A stretch of DNA of 64,000 nucleotides from Lama glama (Eukaryota), in contig CM052816.1 in NCBI GenBank assembly GCA_028534125.1, positions 53,694,001 to 53,758,000 of the forward strand, read 5' to 3'. This document shows positions 27,292 to 40,600 of the stretch, piece by piece. A program made the position numbers and the translations under genes. The notes under the pieces are model-generated. The model did not search any database, was not told the DNA's origin, and saw nothing but the letters and a program-made list of their open reading frames with translations. How positions within the stretch are numbered: position 1 is the stretch's first letter; each line of letters begins with the position of its first letter.

Positions 27292-27452
27292 GACCCAAAT
27301 CAACTGATTCGTGCAAGTGCTTTGAGAGTTCTGTCAAGTATTAGAGTGCCAATTATTGTACCTATTATGATGCTCGCTATTAAGGAAGCTTCTGCTGATT
27401 TATCACCATACGTTAGGAAGAATGCAGCCCATGCGATACAAAAATTGTACAG
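27292..27452 (+). CDS. AP3B1: AP3B1 internal coding exon (exon 5 equivalent), 161 nt, phase 0/2
   Basis: cttttag|GAC ... TACAG|gttggt. Translates to [53 protein letters not shown](S). Overlaps ORF 27322..27543. Confidence 0.97.
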
Positions 27453-28569
27453 GTTGGTATTTTTTAAAGAATACCGAAGATCCCTAAAGTTATGTGGAAT
27501 GTTAAAACCCATAGAGGCTTATTTTATTAGCTCTTATAACTAGTCTGTCCTTAAACTAAGTAAACCCCGTGACTGTTTCTTTAGGCATCTTTAATTTTGC
27601 TTTGGTTATAGAGACCCAGGCAGGTTTTTACTTGCGAGCTTATTATAGGGCCTGTGGTAATTTCTGGATTTTATAACTTAAAACTAATCAGAGATTGAAA
27701 TATCATTTATATAATCTATCTCTCATTACATAGGCACCTATGTTATTAGAAAATTCAGATTTTCTTCTGTTCACTGTAGGGTAGAATCTTATCCTACATG
27801 TTATCCTGTCAATTCACTCTGTTATCCCTTCTTCCATTTTTGGTCCTGCTGTTCCGTTCCTTGTCTGATTCTTTTCCAGTACTATTTTATTAAATACTTT
27901 TTAAATACTGGTTTTTAAATATAGTACCACACCATATTTATATAATATTTATTAAAATATCATGTGGAGATATTTTATTATGTTGCCTAAATAAAAGAAT
28001 TATTATCTGTATTTATTTGGTATTATTTTCTGTTGTCATTTATTCCACAGCTTTTATCCAGATCATTTTGTGTTTCTGGTGTTGTGTTACGTGCAGAGGA
28101 TGTATGAAAACAATAGCGGATGTGGTATCACAGATTTGAGAAAAAAAATCAAACATATGCCAAATAATTAAAGACAGTCTGTAATTGAGTAAGACACTGC
28201 CATATCTTATATGTGTAGATATAGAGGCACACTAACAATGCCTTTTATGGAATAGGGTTCAGACATTATCATATAGGGTTTCATAAAGTAAAGATGTAAT
28301 GAAATGGGATTAGGTAGGAAAGATTGCTTAGGGAGACTGGAACTGAAATTTGAAAGAATTAAAAAGTTTGAATGTTCAGATGATCACAGTAGTTAATAAT
28401 AAACTTACAGAATGTTTATGAAGAGCAAAAGCTCATTTTCTTAGGTTAGCTGTCAGACAAAGTTATATCATGCTTCTCAGTCATTAGCATTTCTTGTTAC
28501 TAACTTACAAAATAAGATCCAAGCTTACCATGACAGTTTAAAAGACTGTCACTAGGCTCCATTTTACCT

Positions 28570-28930
28570 CTCTTTGTCTTGAGTTTACAGTCTAGTAGCT
28601 TAGTATACTGCCTGTTAGTCCTCTACATAAAGTGTTTTTATCTAATTTACCATCTCTTGTTCCTCCTTTGGTCTCTACCTCGAATGTTGCCTAATGTTTT
28701 CTAGCTCTAAAGTCAAGTTGTTTAAGATTCGTCTGAGATGTCACTTACTTTCCCTCCACAGCCCTCCTGCCTTCCTTCATTGGTGCTCTTCTTCTTTATC
28801 CCCGTAACACTTATATATACCTCTCTTATGTGGTATGATTATGTTTGGACTGTGTCTCATTTATCTTTGTCTAGACTCTGTCTCATTTATATTTGTATGC
28901 TCATTGTTTAGCTTCTTAGTAAATGAACAA
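28570..28930 (+). mobile_element. L2 3' fragment, degenerate
   Basis: Pyrimidine-rich text ending ctctgtctcatttatatttgtatgctc...aaatgaa. Confidence 0.45.
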
Positions 28931-29872
28931 TTGAATTCTAGGCTAGAAAGAAATTACATTATTATCAATATTTCAGTGCTTAGAGCTGCTATTGAGATGC
29001 ATTTTTCAATTATGTACCTATGTGAGCCTTTGTTTGCATTTCTTGGTTTTATTTATTTATTTAGGCACTTGGGATTGTTTTATTTAATCAGCTGATCAAT
29101 TATATCAAACTGGTTTGATCATTGTTTCCAGGCCTTTTACTTTTTAGAGCTGGGAAAGATCTGAGTTCAAAGTGACAATTCCAATTCAATACAATTTTTA
29201 AATTTAGTTTCTCCTATATTAAATTTCAATTTTTTTTCTTCCACACCAAGAATCCTGGTTATTAAGAAAACAGGGGATGACAGAATAAAAATATTCCATA
29301 ATTCCTCGTTTGCTTTACCCCAAATTGCATGTATAATAATTTCAGGATAACAACACTAATAGTATCAATACCAATTATTATTCTGCATTTCTTGGTTTTA
29401 TATGGCAGGTTTTAGAATGCATATCCTCATCAGTGAACTTGAATGATACAAAATTTTTACTTGGAAATTCTTTATATTTGTTTTTGATAATGATGTGTCC
29501 ATAGTAAAAAATGATTGCTATACTGTTATTTTCCCCCCAGTTAAAAAAAGATCTTGTAGTTTTTCTGCTTGAATTTATTTTCTTAAGGTTTTTCAACTTC
29601 TTTTTAAAAAGGGGACTTGTTTTTTAAATATTTTCTTAGTGGTATTTGTATCTGGGTTTAATTAATACAAGCAACTTTAGATAGAAAGATTAGGACACAT
29701 TTGTGGGAAAAACCAACCCATTTTACTTTAAACTTGTTTTCTGTTTAATTCTATCTTGACATAATTCTTTCTCTCCCTCCCCTCTTTACAAAATTTTCAG
29801 CATCCTTAAAATGATTAGCTTCATTTAAAATTAGAATTAAAGGAAAAAAATGTTTTTCTTTTTTTGTCTTAG

Positions 29873-29939
29873 TCTTGATCCAGAACAGAAGGAAATGTTA
29901 ATTGAAATAATTGAAAAACTTCTGAAGGATAAAAGCACA
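29873..29939 (+). CDS. AP3B1: AP3B1 internal coding exon (exon 6 equivalent), 67 nt, phase 2/0
   Basis: ttgtcttag|T CTT GAT ... ACA|gtaagt. Translates to (S)LDPEQKEMLIEIIEKLLKDKST and completes the split Ser codon from the previous exon. Confidence 0.97.
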
Positions 29940-30764
29940 GTAAGTAATAACTTTTTATGTAAAAAAGTAAAGTTATTTATTTATATAGAATCATTTTACT
30001 GTTGTATATTTGACATAATTATTCTTACTGATTTTAAAATAGTATAAATATAAATGGAGCTCACTAAAATCCCTGAAGAATAAAATGTCCATGTAATGGG
30101 AAAGATTGCATTTAGAATTTTAGTTTGTTACATGTTTCTTCGTAAGAATCTGAAGAAGAGAAAGTTGGGGAAAAAATCCTTTCTTTATCCTGTGACTAAA
30201 TTGTTGACTGCTTTTAGGACTAACTTCTTTATTTTAAGCAATGATTTGTTAGGATTTTTAAAGGGTGAATCACTTAGGAACAAATAATTGTTTTAAAATG
30301 AAGTATTAAGAAGTATCAAAGAGATAATGAAAAGTTCAATGAGTGTGTTTTAGTATTATAAATGTGTTGTTTTTTTCCTTAAATAGTAGAACATTGTCAT
30401 ATATTTCACACTTTTATTGGCTGAGTAGAATGATTTTACTGGCTAAAATTCTCGTCTTTTGGGAATGTACATATCTCTTCCTCCTCTCTACCCCATTCCC
30501 ATTTTTTGTGTGTAGTGATGCGATAATGAGATCTAGGAATAGTAATGATGCTTGAGGTCTGTGAACAGACCTCTGGAGGAGCTGGTATAATGGTATCTTT
30601 GATGGACGCTTCCGTACACATCTGTATGGCTCAAAACTATTGAGGAAAAGGATTCCAGCTCACCTGAGGATGATATCACCAAGGTGCATTATATCTGTAT
30701 ATAGTAGCTTTCTTGATGCAGTAGCCACTAGACTCACAGCTATTGTTATCTGGCTTAGCATAAG

Positions 30765-31500
30765 ATCTATCCTGGTGGATGCTCAATGTGTATTTGAGAG
30801 GAGTGTATATTCTGCTCTTTTTGGGTGGAGTGTTCTGTAGATGTCTGTTAGATCCAATTGGTTTATGGTGTTGTTCAAGTCTTCCGTTTCTTTGTTGATC
30901 TTCTGTCATGTAGTTCTATCCATTATTGAAAGTGGAGTAATGACATCTACTATTATTGTAGAGCTGTCTATTTGTTTCTGCCTTCAGTTTTGTCAGTGCT
31001 TACTTCGTATATTTAGGAGCTCTGATATTTGGTCCCTTGTGTTTATACTTGTTTTTAATCTTCCTTTTGTCGGTATAAAATGTCTTTTAATCTCTAATAA
31101 CAATTTTTGTTTTAAATCCTATTTTGACCTATTTAAATGCAGCTTTCTTATAATTGCTGTTTAATTGACATATCTTTTTCTTTTGTTTTATTCTCATTTT
31201 CTTTCGTTTATTCTCATTTTTTAATCTAATGTGTGTTTCCCGAAGACAGCATATAGTTAGATCTTATTTTTCAATCTAGTCTGACAACATGAGCCTTCTG
31301 ATTAGATTGTTTAATCCATTGACATTTAGTGTTACTTTTGATATAGTTGAATTCACAGCTGCCATTTTATTTTATTTTTCGATATCTTTTGTCTTTTTTG
31401 TTCCTCATCCCTCCTTTACTGCATTTTTAATACTAAGTGAATATGTTGTATTGTACATATGAATTCTTTTAATGATTTTTTTCACTGTGTATTTTTGAAA
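30765..31500 (-). mobile_element. L1M ORF2 endonuclease-region fragment, antisense
   Basis: gtgtatattctgct...gggtggagtgttctgtagatgtctgttagatccaattgg. The reverse strand reads as INKETEDLNNTINQLDLTDIYRTLHP. Confidence 0.85.
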
Positions 31501-31939
31501 ATACTATATTATACCTGGACTATACTTGGAGATTTCATTCCTAAGTCATTCAGAACAAATTTCTTCTAGTCTGTAATGTAGCAGAAATCTTTATTTCTTC
31601 TGTAGTTGTTGGCATAATGAAGGCAGAGAAAAGAAACTTGATTCCTTTTTGTCTTCTGTATGGGATACTTGTTATCTCCTTCTAGCCTAGATATAAAGTC
31701 AATATTACTGATGTGGTTAACTTGATTTTAGTAATAATAAAAACAACATTTAGTTTGCTGTATGTTGTAGACATTTGCCAGGTGCTGTGGAGAATAATAA
31801 TATCTTTAAGAAACAGATCCTTTATTTTAATGTATTTTTTGCCATGATTTCTGCTACCTGATAAACCAAAAGAAATTGGTTGCAGGGCCCAGAAATGAAC
31901 TCTGTATATAACGTGTGCTTGTCTTCCCGAACAAGAAAG

Positions 31940-32145
31940 AATACATCACTGGTGAAAACTGCCGTCTTTGGAATTAAATAGAATTGGTTTGTGTCTGAAG
32001 TTTTGCTGCTTAGTAGCTATGTATTCAGCCTTTATAAGTTTCAGTTTCCGAATTTGTAGGGCTTATAATTTTCAATGTATAACGTTTCTGTTTGTGTTGA
32101 ATGAGCTGTTGGATATAAAATCCTCAGTACAGTGCCTGACACCAT
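31940..32145 (+). mobile_element. MIR SINE, degenerate
   Basis: ttagtagctatgt...tcagtttcc...tgtag ... cagtacagtgcctgacac. Confidence 0.55.
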
Positions 32146-32429
32146 AAAACGGGGTTAATAAGAAACAAATGGCTGAAAAAGGAATGTAAACAATACAATT
32201 TCTTTGTAAATTTAGAATGTCTTTTCTTGGGCTCTGACCATTTATTTCCAAAATACAATAGAAAAAAAATATTGTACTTATTCAGAGTAGGTATTTAATA
32301 TTTGTTGAATGACTGTGAGAATTAATTTGTTACATTCTTGGTGATAGTAATTAGGTGTTTACTATTATTTTCAATGTTTTTCTTCTCTAATGGTGTCATG
32401 CTCAGTGTTCATAGGTAGATCTTTTGGGA

Positions 32430-34450
32430 GCTTTGATGACGTATCATTTATGAGGCATTTCTTTTTCCTAAAGTAGTATATATGTTTATTTGTTAAAAAT
32501 TCAAAAAAAAACCACCTGTATCTCTTTTTCTGTGTATATGAAATAACAATGGTTTATACTGAATTCTCTAATTCCACAGCAGCAGCACAGGGTTCCTCCC
32601 AGTGTCCTACCCTTTCATGTTTGTAACTTTCTTCTCCAATATTAAGAAATGTGGCTCCTGTTATCCACAATATATTTACTTATTTGCTCAGTCCCAGAAT
32701 GCGGATAAAGTATTGTTTCAGAATTGCTAGCATGTACTCCATGGAGAGTAGTGAGATGGGGACTATTAATTGAGTTAAATATTGGTTTAGAGTTATATTT
32801 ATCATTAGCCTTACTTCTTTGAATGCTGTTATAAATTGGAATTGCTTTATCATTGTATCATTGAACTTGCTATACTGGTATGTAAGAAAGATACTGATTT
32901 TCTGTATAGTAATTTTATATCCTGCTTCACTGAATTCTTTTATTGTTTGATTTAATTTTACCTTTCATTCTCATTTTATTCTAGAATATAAATCATATCA
33001 TTTGCAAATAGAGATAATTTTACTTCCTCTTTTCTAATACCTATGACTTTAATTTTTCTTGTCTGATTATATTGGTTTATAATTTTAGTACAGTGTTCAG
33101 TAGTAGTGAAGATGGTGGACATCCTTCTTTTGTTTCATTTTAAAGGAAATGCCTGTAATATGTCTTTGTAAGTAAGATGCTGACCCTGAGGATTTTCTTT
33201 TTATTTTTGAAATATAATAGTTTTACCAGTGTCTCAGGGTTAGTTGATAGAGGTCTTTTTTTTTTTTCTGGTACCCAGTGAACCTTTTCAAAATATATTT
33301 TTAGAACTTACGTTATTTCTGGCAAAATGTTGTTGTTATTATTTAAGATTATAGTTTTAAATAGTAATTCTGTTCAGTTGTTTCTTTTTCTTCTTCAGGG
33401 ATTTCAATTTTATGTAAGTTAGATCTTCTTTGCCTGTTTTATATTTCACCCACTGTCTCTCTAAACCTTTTTACTTCTTTCTTTATCTCATTTTCATTCT
33501 CTACTTTTTCTACTTTATTTAAAGCCCTTTCCCAAATTTTTATTCAGCTGTTTTCTTCCAGGAACACTTTGCAGTTTAATCATGATGTCTGGTTTTTTTT
33601 TTTGCCTCTCAATTTCTTTTCTGGTTTTTAAACAACTTCTCTTCTTCCTGTTATCTTTTATTTCTGTTCCCTGTTTCTCAATTTCTGATTCATGTTCATT
33701 TTTCCAATCTTGAAATCCTTCTTTGAGGGTACTTAATTCAGTTTGAAGTGTTAATAGTTTTCTTTTGATTTATTATTGATTTTTTGTGGATAATTCTCAT
33801 CAGTTGAATTGTTCTGGTTTTCATTTTCTGTTTTCAATACTTGTAGATTATTTGCATCTTTACATTTCTTTGGACAGGTTTGGTGGTTTGAATTTGAGGT
33901 AGTGTGCATGATTTCTAGTACAAGAGCACCCTCTCTGTCAGAAGAGCAAAGTATGATTTTTATTTTTTGAGGGACGACATGCATAGGAGGGAGTGTATGT
34001 CCTAAGATTATTTTGATTTATTTTGTAGGATTCTAAATTTCCTCTTCCCATTTCTTTTTTCTGTCACCATATGGTTTCTAAGCACTCCTTTTATCTACCT
34101 CTTTTTTTCACCTGTTTTCCCTTTGAAACTGCCTTTGCAAGATGGCCTCATTGAATCTTAGTCTCCTCCTTTGAAGTTTCTTCCATGTATATCTGTTCTG
34201 ATCTACCAGCAGTATTTTTTAGTATTTTCACACTTAGGATACTCTCTTTCATTCTGCTTTTGATTTTACTTCCCTCCTATGCCCGCCACTAACTCCTGTC
34301 TGCTTTGTTCTGGACAGTTTTTTCAGACTGTCATTGATCTTTGTGAAGTTTTGTGATATATGCATGAAAGATAACTCTGGGATTTAGAACTTATTTTTCT
34401 ACTTAGGTGTAATTTGAAGTTTGGAGATTCTCTGTTTTTTTAGTTATGCT
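32430..34450 (-). mobile_element. Very old L1 (L1ME-like) fragments, antisense
   Basis: atcatatcatttgcaaatagagataattttacttcctcttttcta, gatggtggacatccttcttttgtt. T-rich and degenerate. Confidence 0.55.
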
Positions 34451-37400
34451 TAGAGCTTGGGTTTTCATCCTTTTGGTTTTTCTGAGTTTGGGTTTTGAGA
34501 CTCAGATTTCCCCAGGTACCATTAATTTGTCTACTCAGTATTTAAATTAATTATGTTTTATGATCATTTTTCCTTTGTGTGTTTATAATATATTGTAGAA
34601 AGATTAAAAATATTCTGATATCTATATAAATACTTATGAATCTTATCTTTATTATTACTTTTTCTTGTCACATATAGTATATTGAAAAGATACAGCTGTA
34701 TTTCTTCTCCCCCTGCAAATTAACAATGTTAGCATTGGCATTGAAAATCAGTAAGAATCCTAAGTAATTTTGTTTAAAAATTTCCTAGTGAAATGAATCA
34801 GGTCTAGTTTATTTCCACTTTTTGTAAAGCAGTTTACTTGTGCCAGCAGGAGCTTGTTGAGATCATTATGATGGTGATGATATTGCTGTTTTACTGCTGA
34901 TAAATTTGGAAGATGCTAACATATTTAAAAACTTTTTTCATTTAACCTGTATTGATTTTGAGATATACCTTCTGTTGCTTCTTTTAGCCTAAAGGAAGTT
35001 TTTCTTGAAATTGAGATCTCAAAGAAAATTAGTTGTGTAATTCTCACTGTAAGGATAGGTGGTAATAAAAAGCATATTAAAATATAATAGAATTATTTTT
35101 CCTTTTAACTAGAGAAACACCAATATTTGTCATATGAATAGTCCTTTCCCCACAGTAAGTCACTTTGGGTTTAGGGATACAATTATGGTAATAGAACTGG
35201 TAGAACATCTTAGCATTACTTAGATAACTGTTGCCTGAAGATATCTGTACATTTTAAAAGATAAAATAGAAGCTTACTGTGTCAGTGCAATTAAAAGGGA
35301 ACATTTTATTTATGCCCAGTGAACTGTTTGTTACAAGTTTTGAAATATAATTTCTTCATTGTATATTTTCACCATATTTTCTCTATTTAACATATCCTAA
35401 ACACCTTTTCCTTTTCTGGAAACCTTTCCTAACATTCAGTTTTAAATTCCTTTTGTTTTATAACACTTTGTTTTTCTTTATAATATAGAAATTCATATTT
35501 GTTGAGCAATTTAAGCTTTGCAGTAGACCTTCTCTCTTTTATTTAGAATACCTTAGAAGCAGAGTGATAATTATTTCCTTTTCCTTCCTGGTTAATTTTG
35601 AAGAAATCCTTTTGTAGCATTTAACTTCCTAATAGAAAACAGAGTTTCTTAGGGAAACGAATTAGGTCAGTGCCTACTGGAAACCAGAGTTGTTTATTTA
35701 TATTTTTTGATGGCAAAGTTTCTTCTCCTTAATTTAACTACAGAATGATGTTTAATGAATATATTGGTAGTTCATAGCTAAACTGTGGGGGTAAGACACC
35801 ATTTTATAAGTTATTGATTTAATGTTGGTAAAAGCTTCACTGTTGTGGGCAAAAAACACACTTCTGGGTTTGTGCAGATGTTTTATTGTGATAGATCTAT
35901 TATCCAGCTATTAGAAGATAAATGACGGATCTTTCCCATTTTCCATGCCTCAAGAAAATTGAAATAAGAAGGGGAATATCATTTGGGCTGTATGATTAGG
36001 GCAGGTTGGATGGCCATTAATTTAAGAGAAGAAAATCTTGGCAGCATTGGCCAACTTATACCATATTATCAATCAAACCTTGATGCACTTCTTGTGATGA
36101 CCCAGCACTCTCAGGTTTTTGCAACGTTAATTAGAATTCATGACAAAATAGATGCAAGGAAACGTTTTGTACCCTTCATAATTTTATAGAAAATTTATTG
36201 TTATTAGAGGAACCATTTGCTTAGTGTGATTTTTTTCATTACCAGCTTGTCAACTAGCATAGATAATCTGGAGAAAATATGAACTCCATAGATGGAGTGT
36301 CACTTTTGTTGATGGTTCATGTAGTTTACCTTGGAGCACAGCTAATGGCTGAAGTTCATAGCAACAGCACAGAAAAACGTGGCAACCAAGGGAAGATAAA
36401 TGAACCATGTTTATTGCTTTAATATAAAAAATACATAAATGGAAAACTGCATTTGAATTTGATGAGCTCATTGCTAGTTTTGTTGAAGTGATTTATTTTT
36501 CCCCTTAGATAAAAAGCTACTGTTGACACAGTGAGATGGAAATTAACTGTCTGTTTTGGGGAAACCAATATTTTTGGTTTTCAAATCTGAGTAGATCATT
36601 TTGTTTTAATTCTGGAAGTTTTATAGAATATTGAACATTTAATAGACCAAAATTATCAATTCTTCTGGCAGTGTTTAGCCTAGGGTCAGTTGTTGAAATT
36701 ATACAATAAAGTATCTAAAATGATGAGTTTTATTTTGTGAAGGTTCTTTTCTTTACATTCTTCCTAATTATTTTTGTGTTTCTATAAATTTTATCTGTAC
36801 TTAGTAATTATTTTCTTTTCATTTTCATGTTATTTGTTAATACTTTAGAACTATTCTGTACTGATAGCTTTCGTTTAAATCAATTTAATACCACATGGGA
36901 ACTGATTTTCCTTTTGTTTGGTGACTAAACATATTTGAAAAAAAAAAAAGAACCCCTGAGTTTAGGCATAGTAGCTTGATTTTACATAGTGTTCCTTACA
37001 TTGAAACTTTGTTAAATTCCCATTTCAATTTTATAGATTATTCTATTCTAAGTGATATTATTTATTTTTATACTTTAACACACTTACCAACTTAAAAAAT
37101 AATATATCTTAATATCAAATTGACATATGTAATATATATAAGTAGAACTATATTTCACAAATACAATGTTATTAAATAGTTTGATGTTATAAACTTAGTT
37201 GTTTTAAGAGATTTTCAAACGATAATTCTAATCTTTTAGAAATATGATTATCACATAATTTCTGAACAGTGATTTGTGCAGAAGACATCAAAATGTAGAG
37301 TTGAAAGCACAAACATAACTTCCTTTCCATATCAATAGCAAATAGAAAATTATACCTATGCTACATTGTTATTTAGTTCACACAAATAATCAATTCTTTG

Positions 37401-38246
37401 CTTTTTCGATTGAGGTGCATACATGCTGGGACTAGCAGGCACCAGTACATGGGCTGGGCTGGAGTCAATAAATGCAGCTTCACGTTTATACTGATTGGTA
37501 ATTCATAAAATCCCCACAGGACTGGAAACTTGTTTAGCATAATAGCAAGTCTATATTCTGAGCTGTTTTCTTTCAATTGTATTGTTGGTTGCATATTAAT
37601 AAACTAAATGTCAGCCAAGTAGAGGGACAAACACTAAAAATATGAATATCATTGTATCTAATATTTTTCAAAAAGTACCATTTCAGTAAGTTATATTTCT
37701 ATTTAATTGCTTATTTTAAGTCATTGGGGAAATTTTAGATCCTAAAATGAAGATCCCTAGTGTTCTGAAAGAAGATGATATTAATTTATTTTTTCAAAAC
37801 CGTATTATATTGTTGGCTAACTGCAGACATATCAGTGGTACATATATAGAAGAATTTGTATGTTATATAAATTCTGCTTAGCTTGTATCTTTATACCAGA
37901 GAAATCTTAATTTCACCACTTTCCAGAAACATGACAATTCCAAAAACAGCATTTATGTTTCATTAACTGGTCTTGGAGAAAAGTTACCTTTCATTGGTAA
38001 TGTATCATTTCAACCTATACACATTATTTTATAAGTAATAATAATGTACTAAAATTTTAGTCAGTATGTTTTCCTTGTGAATAAATTATATTGGTAAAAA
38101 TTAACAAATAGATTAAAGTGTGTTAAGATTTGAAATTGTTTTTGTTCTAAAGACATTTATGAGTTCCTCACACACTTTAAGATAAGTTCATTGGAATTGT
38201 CATTCTCATTTTAAACTGACATGATATGGTCCTTGTTATCGTACTA

Positions 38247-38289
38247 AATGAATCTTTAGAATATAGGTGAGCCCTTAAAATGAAAACTG
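38247..38289 (+). repeat. 43-bp segment directly repeated at 43658-43700
   Basis: aatgaatctttagaatataggtgagcccttaaaatgaaaactg vs aatgaatttttagaatataggtaagctcttaaaatgaaaactg, 3 mismatches. Confidence 0.9.
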
Positions 38290-38629
38290 TGCATGATTTA
38301 ATATGTTTAATCGACACATGAACAATTTATTGGAATTTAACCTGATGAAATTAAAAATATGCTATTATTTCTAATACTAATACTTCTAATTTTAATAGTT
38401 TATAAAAATATTAGTTTTTTCAGGCATGTTACAGCTTTCAAAATTATTCTTTGAGGGAGTGACTCTCCAAAATTTATTTGTTATTCAAACATGATCATTT
38501 TATTAATCGAATGACTGAATTCTTCAAATATTGATTGCTATAACATTGATTACACCTATAGCATGCCTGAGTAGAACCTTTGTTGGGAAGAAATTTTTTT
38601 TAATGAGTTACTATTTCTTTCTCTTATAG

Positions 38630-38812
38630 CTGGTGGCCGGTAGTGTCGTGATGGCTTTTGAAGAAGTATGCCCGGATAGAATAGACCTCATTCACAAGAA
38701 TTACCGCAAGCTATGTAATTTACTAGTTGATGTAGAAGAGTGGGGGCAGGTTGTCATAATCCACATGCTAACTCGATATGCTCGTACACAGTTTGTCAGT
38801 CCTTGGAAAGAG
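38630..38812 (+). CDS. AP3B1: AP3B1 internal coding exon (exon 7 equivalent), 183 nt, phase 0/0
   Basis: ctcttatag|CTG ... GAG|gtaagt. Translates to [61 protein letters not shown]. Confidence 0.97.
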
Positions 38813-39862
38813 GTAAGTGTTGAATAATCTTACATTTATAAAGTACACTAAGAAAATGGATGAGCTATTAAAAATGTGTACAACAGGTTAAGAGTAGTAA
38901 AATACAGAAATCTGCATGTTTAAGGAGGACTCGTTTTTCTCGTGTTCTTTTGGAAAGCAGGAAACCAGTATAAATGCAGAGATGATGGTTCGTTGTTTGG
39001 CACTGATTGGTGCATATTTAATGGCACAGTGTCTAAACTTTCAGTATGATGCCTAGTGAGAGGCCCTTGTCAGGGACAGCAGCATTTTACAGTGTTTGCA
39101 GTGACGTTGTCAAATCATGGATTTTTTTGTTGTTGTTAGTTACTTTCACACCTTTGAGTCTCAGCTGTTCCAGGTACTCACTTGTAAAAGTAGGTAATGT
39201 GATTCTAACATGTGAATTTATACCTAAGATAATTTCTTGCCTTTATAGATAAATATTGTTGAACTTTTAAACTATTTTTTCCTAGTAGTTCTAAAGTGTT
39301 TGTTTTCCTTTTTTTCCACTTAAGCTGGTAGAATTTTAGTAAAATTAATAATTATGTATACCTTACACTGAAGTTATTTGTTTTCTTTGTGCAGATTAAC
39401 TTTAGAAGAATACCTTATTCTCTTTACTGTATTAACAGTTTAGAAAACTTTTATTACATAGTTTGTAATAGAGCTCTTTCTGTGCATATGTAAGATTTAA
39501 ATGTAAGATTTAACTTGTTTAAGGAAAAGAAATCATTAAATATTACAAGAATGGCGGTCTCATTCATTCTAATCTTGTGATATTTTTGTCTTTTTAAAAA
39601 GCAATATTACAGATTTTTAAAACAACTGAATAGAAAGTAAAAGACCAGATGTCTCCCAATTATATCATAGTGATTTGCACACAAACTTATGCACAGACCT
39701 TGACTGAGTGTTCAGTCCCTATCACTTTTGTTAATTAGTAATAATACTAAAGTGACAGAAAAGTGTATATAAAATGGGAAAATGTTCGTAATACTTGCTT
39801 TAGGTGACATGTCAAGTTTTCAAATGTTTAAAGAGTTTAAATGTTTAAAATAGTCATCACTG

Positions 39863-40378
39863 TTTTCTACATTTACTAAGTATTCTTTGTATTTAAAAGT
39901 ATTTAAAAATTTTAACAACATATCTTTATCCAGAAGACAATTTGTGATATTGACTCCATCTTAATTTTAATATTAACAAGTGATTGGGTTATTCTACTTA
40001 AAATTTGAAGTATGTTTTAAATTATTCATATGTAAAAGTCTTATGCCACATAGGGCTCTTAAACTGATGAAATTTTATCATTGGACAATGTAAACTTTTG
40101 ATGGCACTTTTGCTGGATTAAGCAACATGTGGCAAGTGTCTTGACCCTTTCATGTCTGTTAACTTTGATGAGAGATTGTTTTGCTAATACCTATTTGTTT
40201 GATTTCAGCCAGTTCCTTTCCAGAATGCTATTTAGATGTATATTTTTTTCTGTTGTGTAAGGTTATAGGTAATTTTACCTTATCTAGCCACTGTCATTAT
40301 TTAAAATTGTTAATTTTACTTTCCTGTCATCATCAAATTATTTTTAGTAGCTGTATGCAAGTGACCCTTCCTTTATCA
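39863..40378 (+). repeat. Left arm of a long inverted duplication (516 bp)
   Basis: Hand alignment to the reverse complement of 43699-44226 gives about 27 substitutions and 3 indels (10, 1, 1 nt). ORFs 40181(+) and 43564(-) give near-identical peptides. Confidence 0.96.
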
Positions 40379-40454
40379 TTAGGTAGAAATTGGACTTAAA
40401 ATATGTATTTTCCATATTTGGTTGTCTAAAAATAGACTTTAAGCTGTCTGTTTT

Positions 40455-40600
40455 GGGAGGAGGATATAGCTCAAGTGGTAGAATGCATGCTTAGCATACA
40501 CAAGGTCCTGGGTTCAATCCCTAGTACCTCCTCTAAAAATAAATAAATAAACCTAATTACCCCCCAAGTTTAAATAAATAAGTATTTTTAAAAAGTAAAA
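40455..40600 (+). mobile_element. tRNA-derived SINE (vic-1-like)
   Basis: ggatatagctcaagtggtagaatgcatgcttagcatacacaaggtcctgggttcaatccctagtacctcctctaaaaataaataaataaacctaattac. 3' end approximate. Confidence 0.88.

Noticed and set aside
27300..27512. Antisense ORF overlapping the 161-nt exon
   Set aside because: Short shadow frame of a real exon with no independent evidence.
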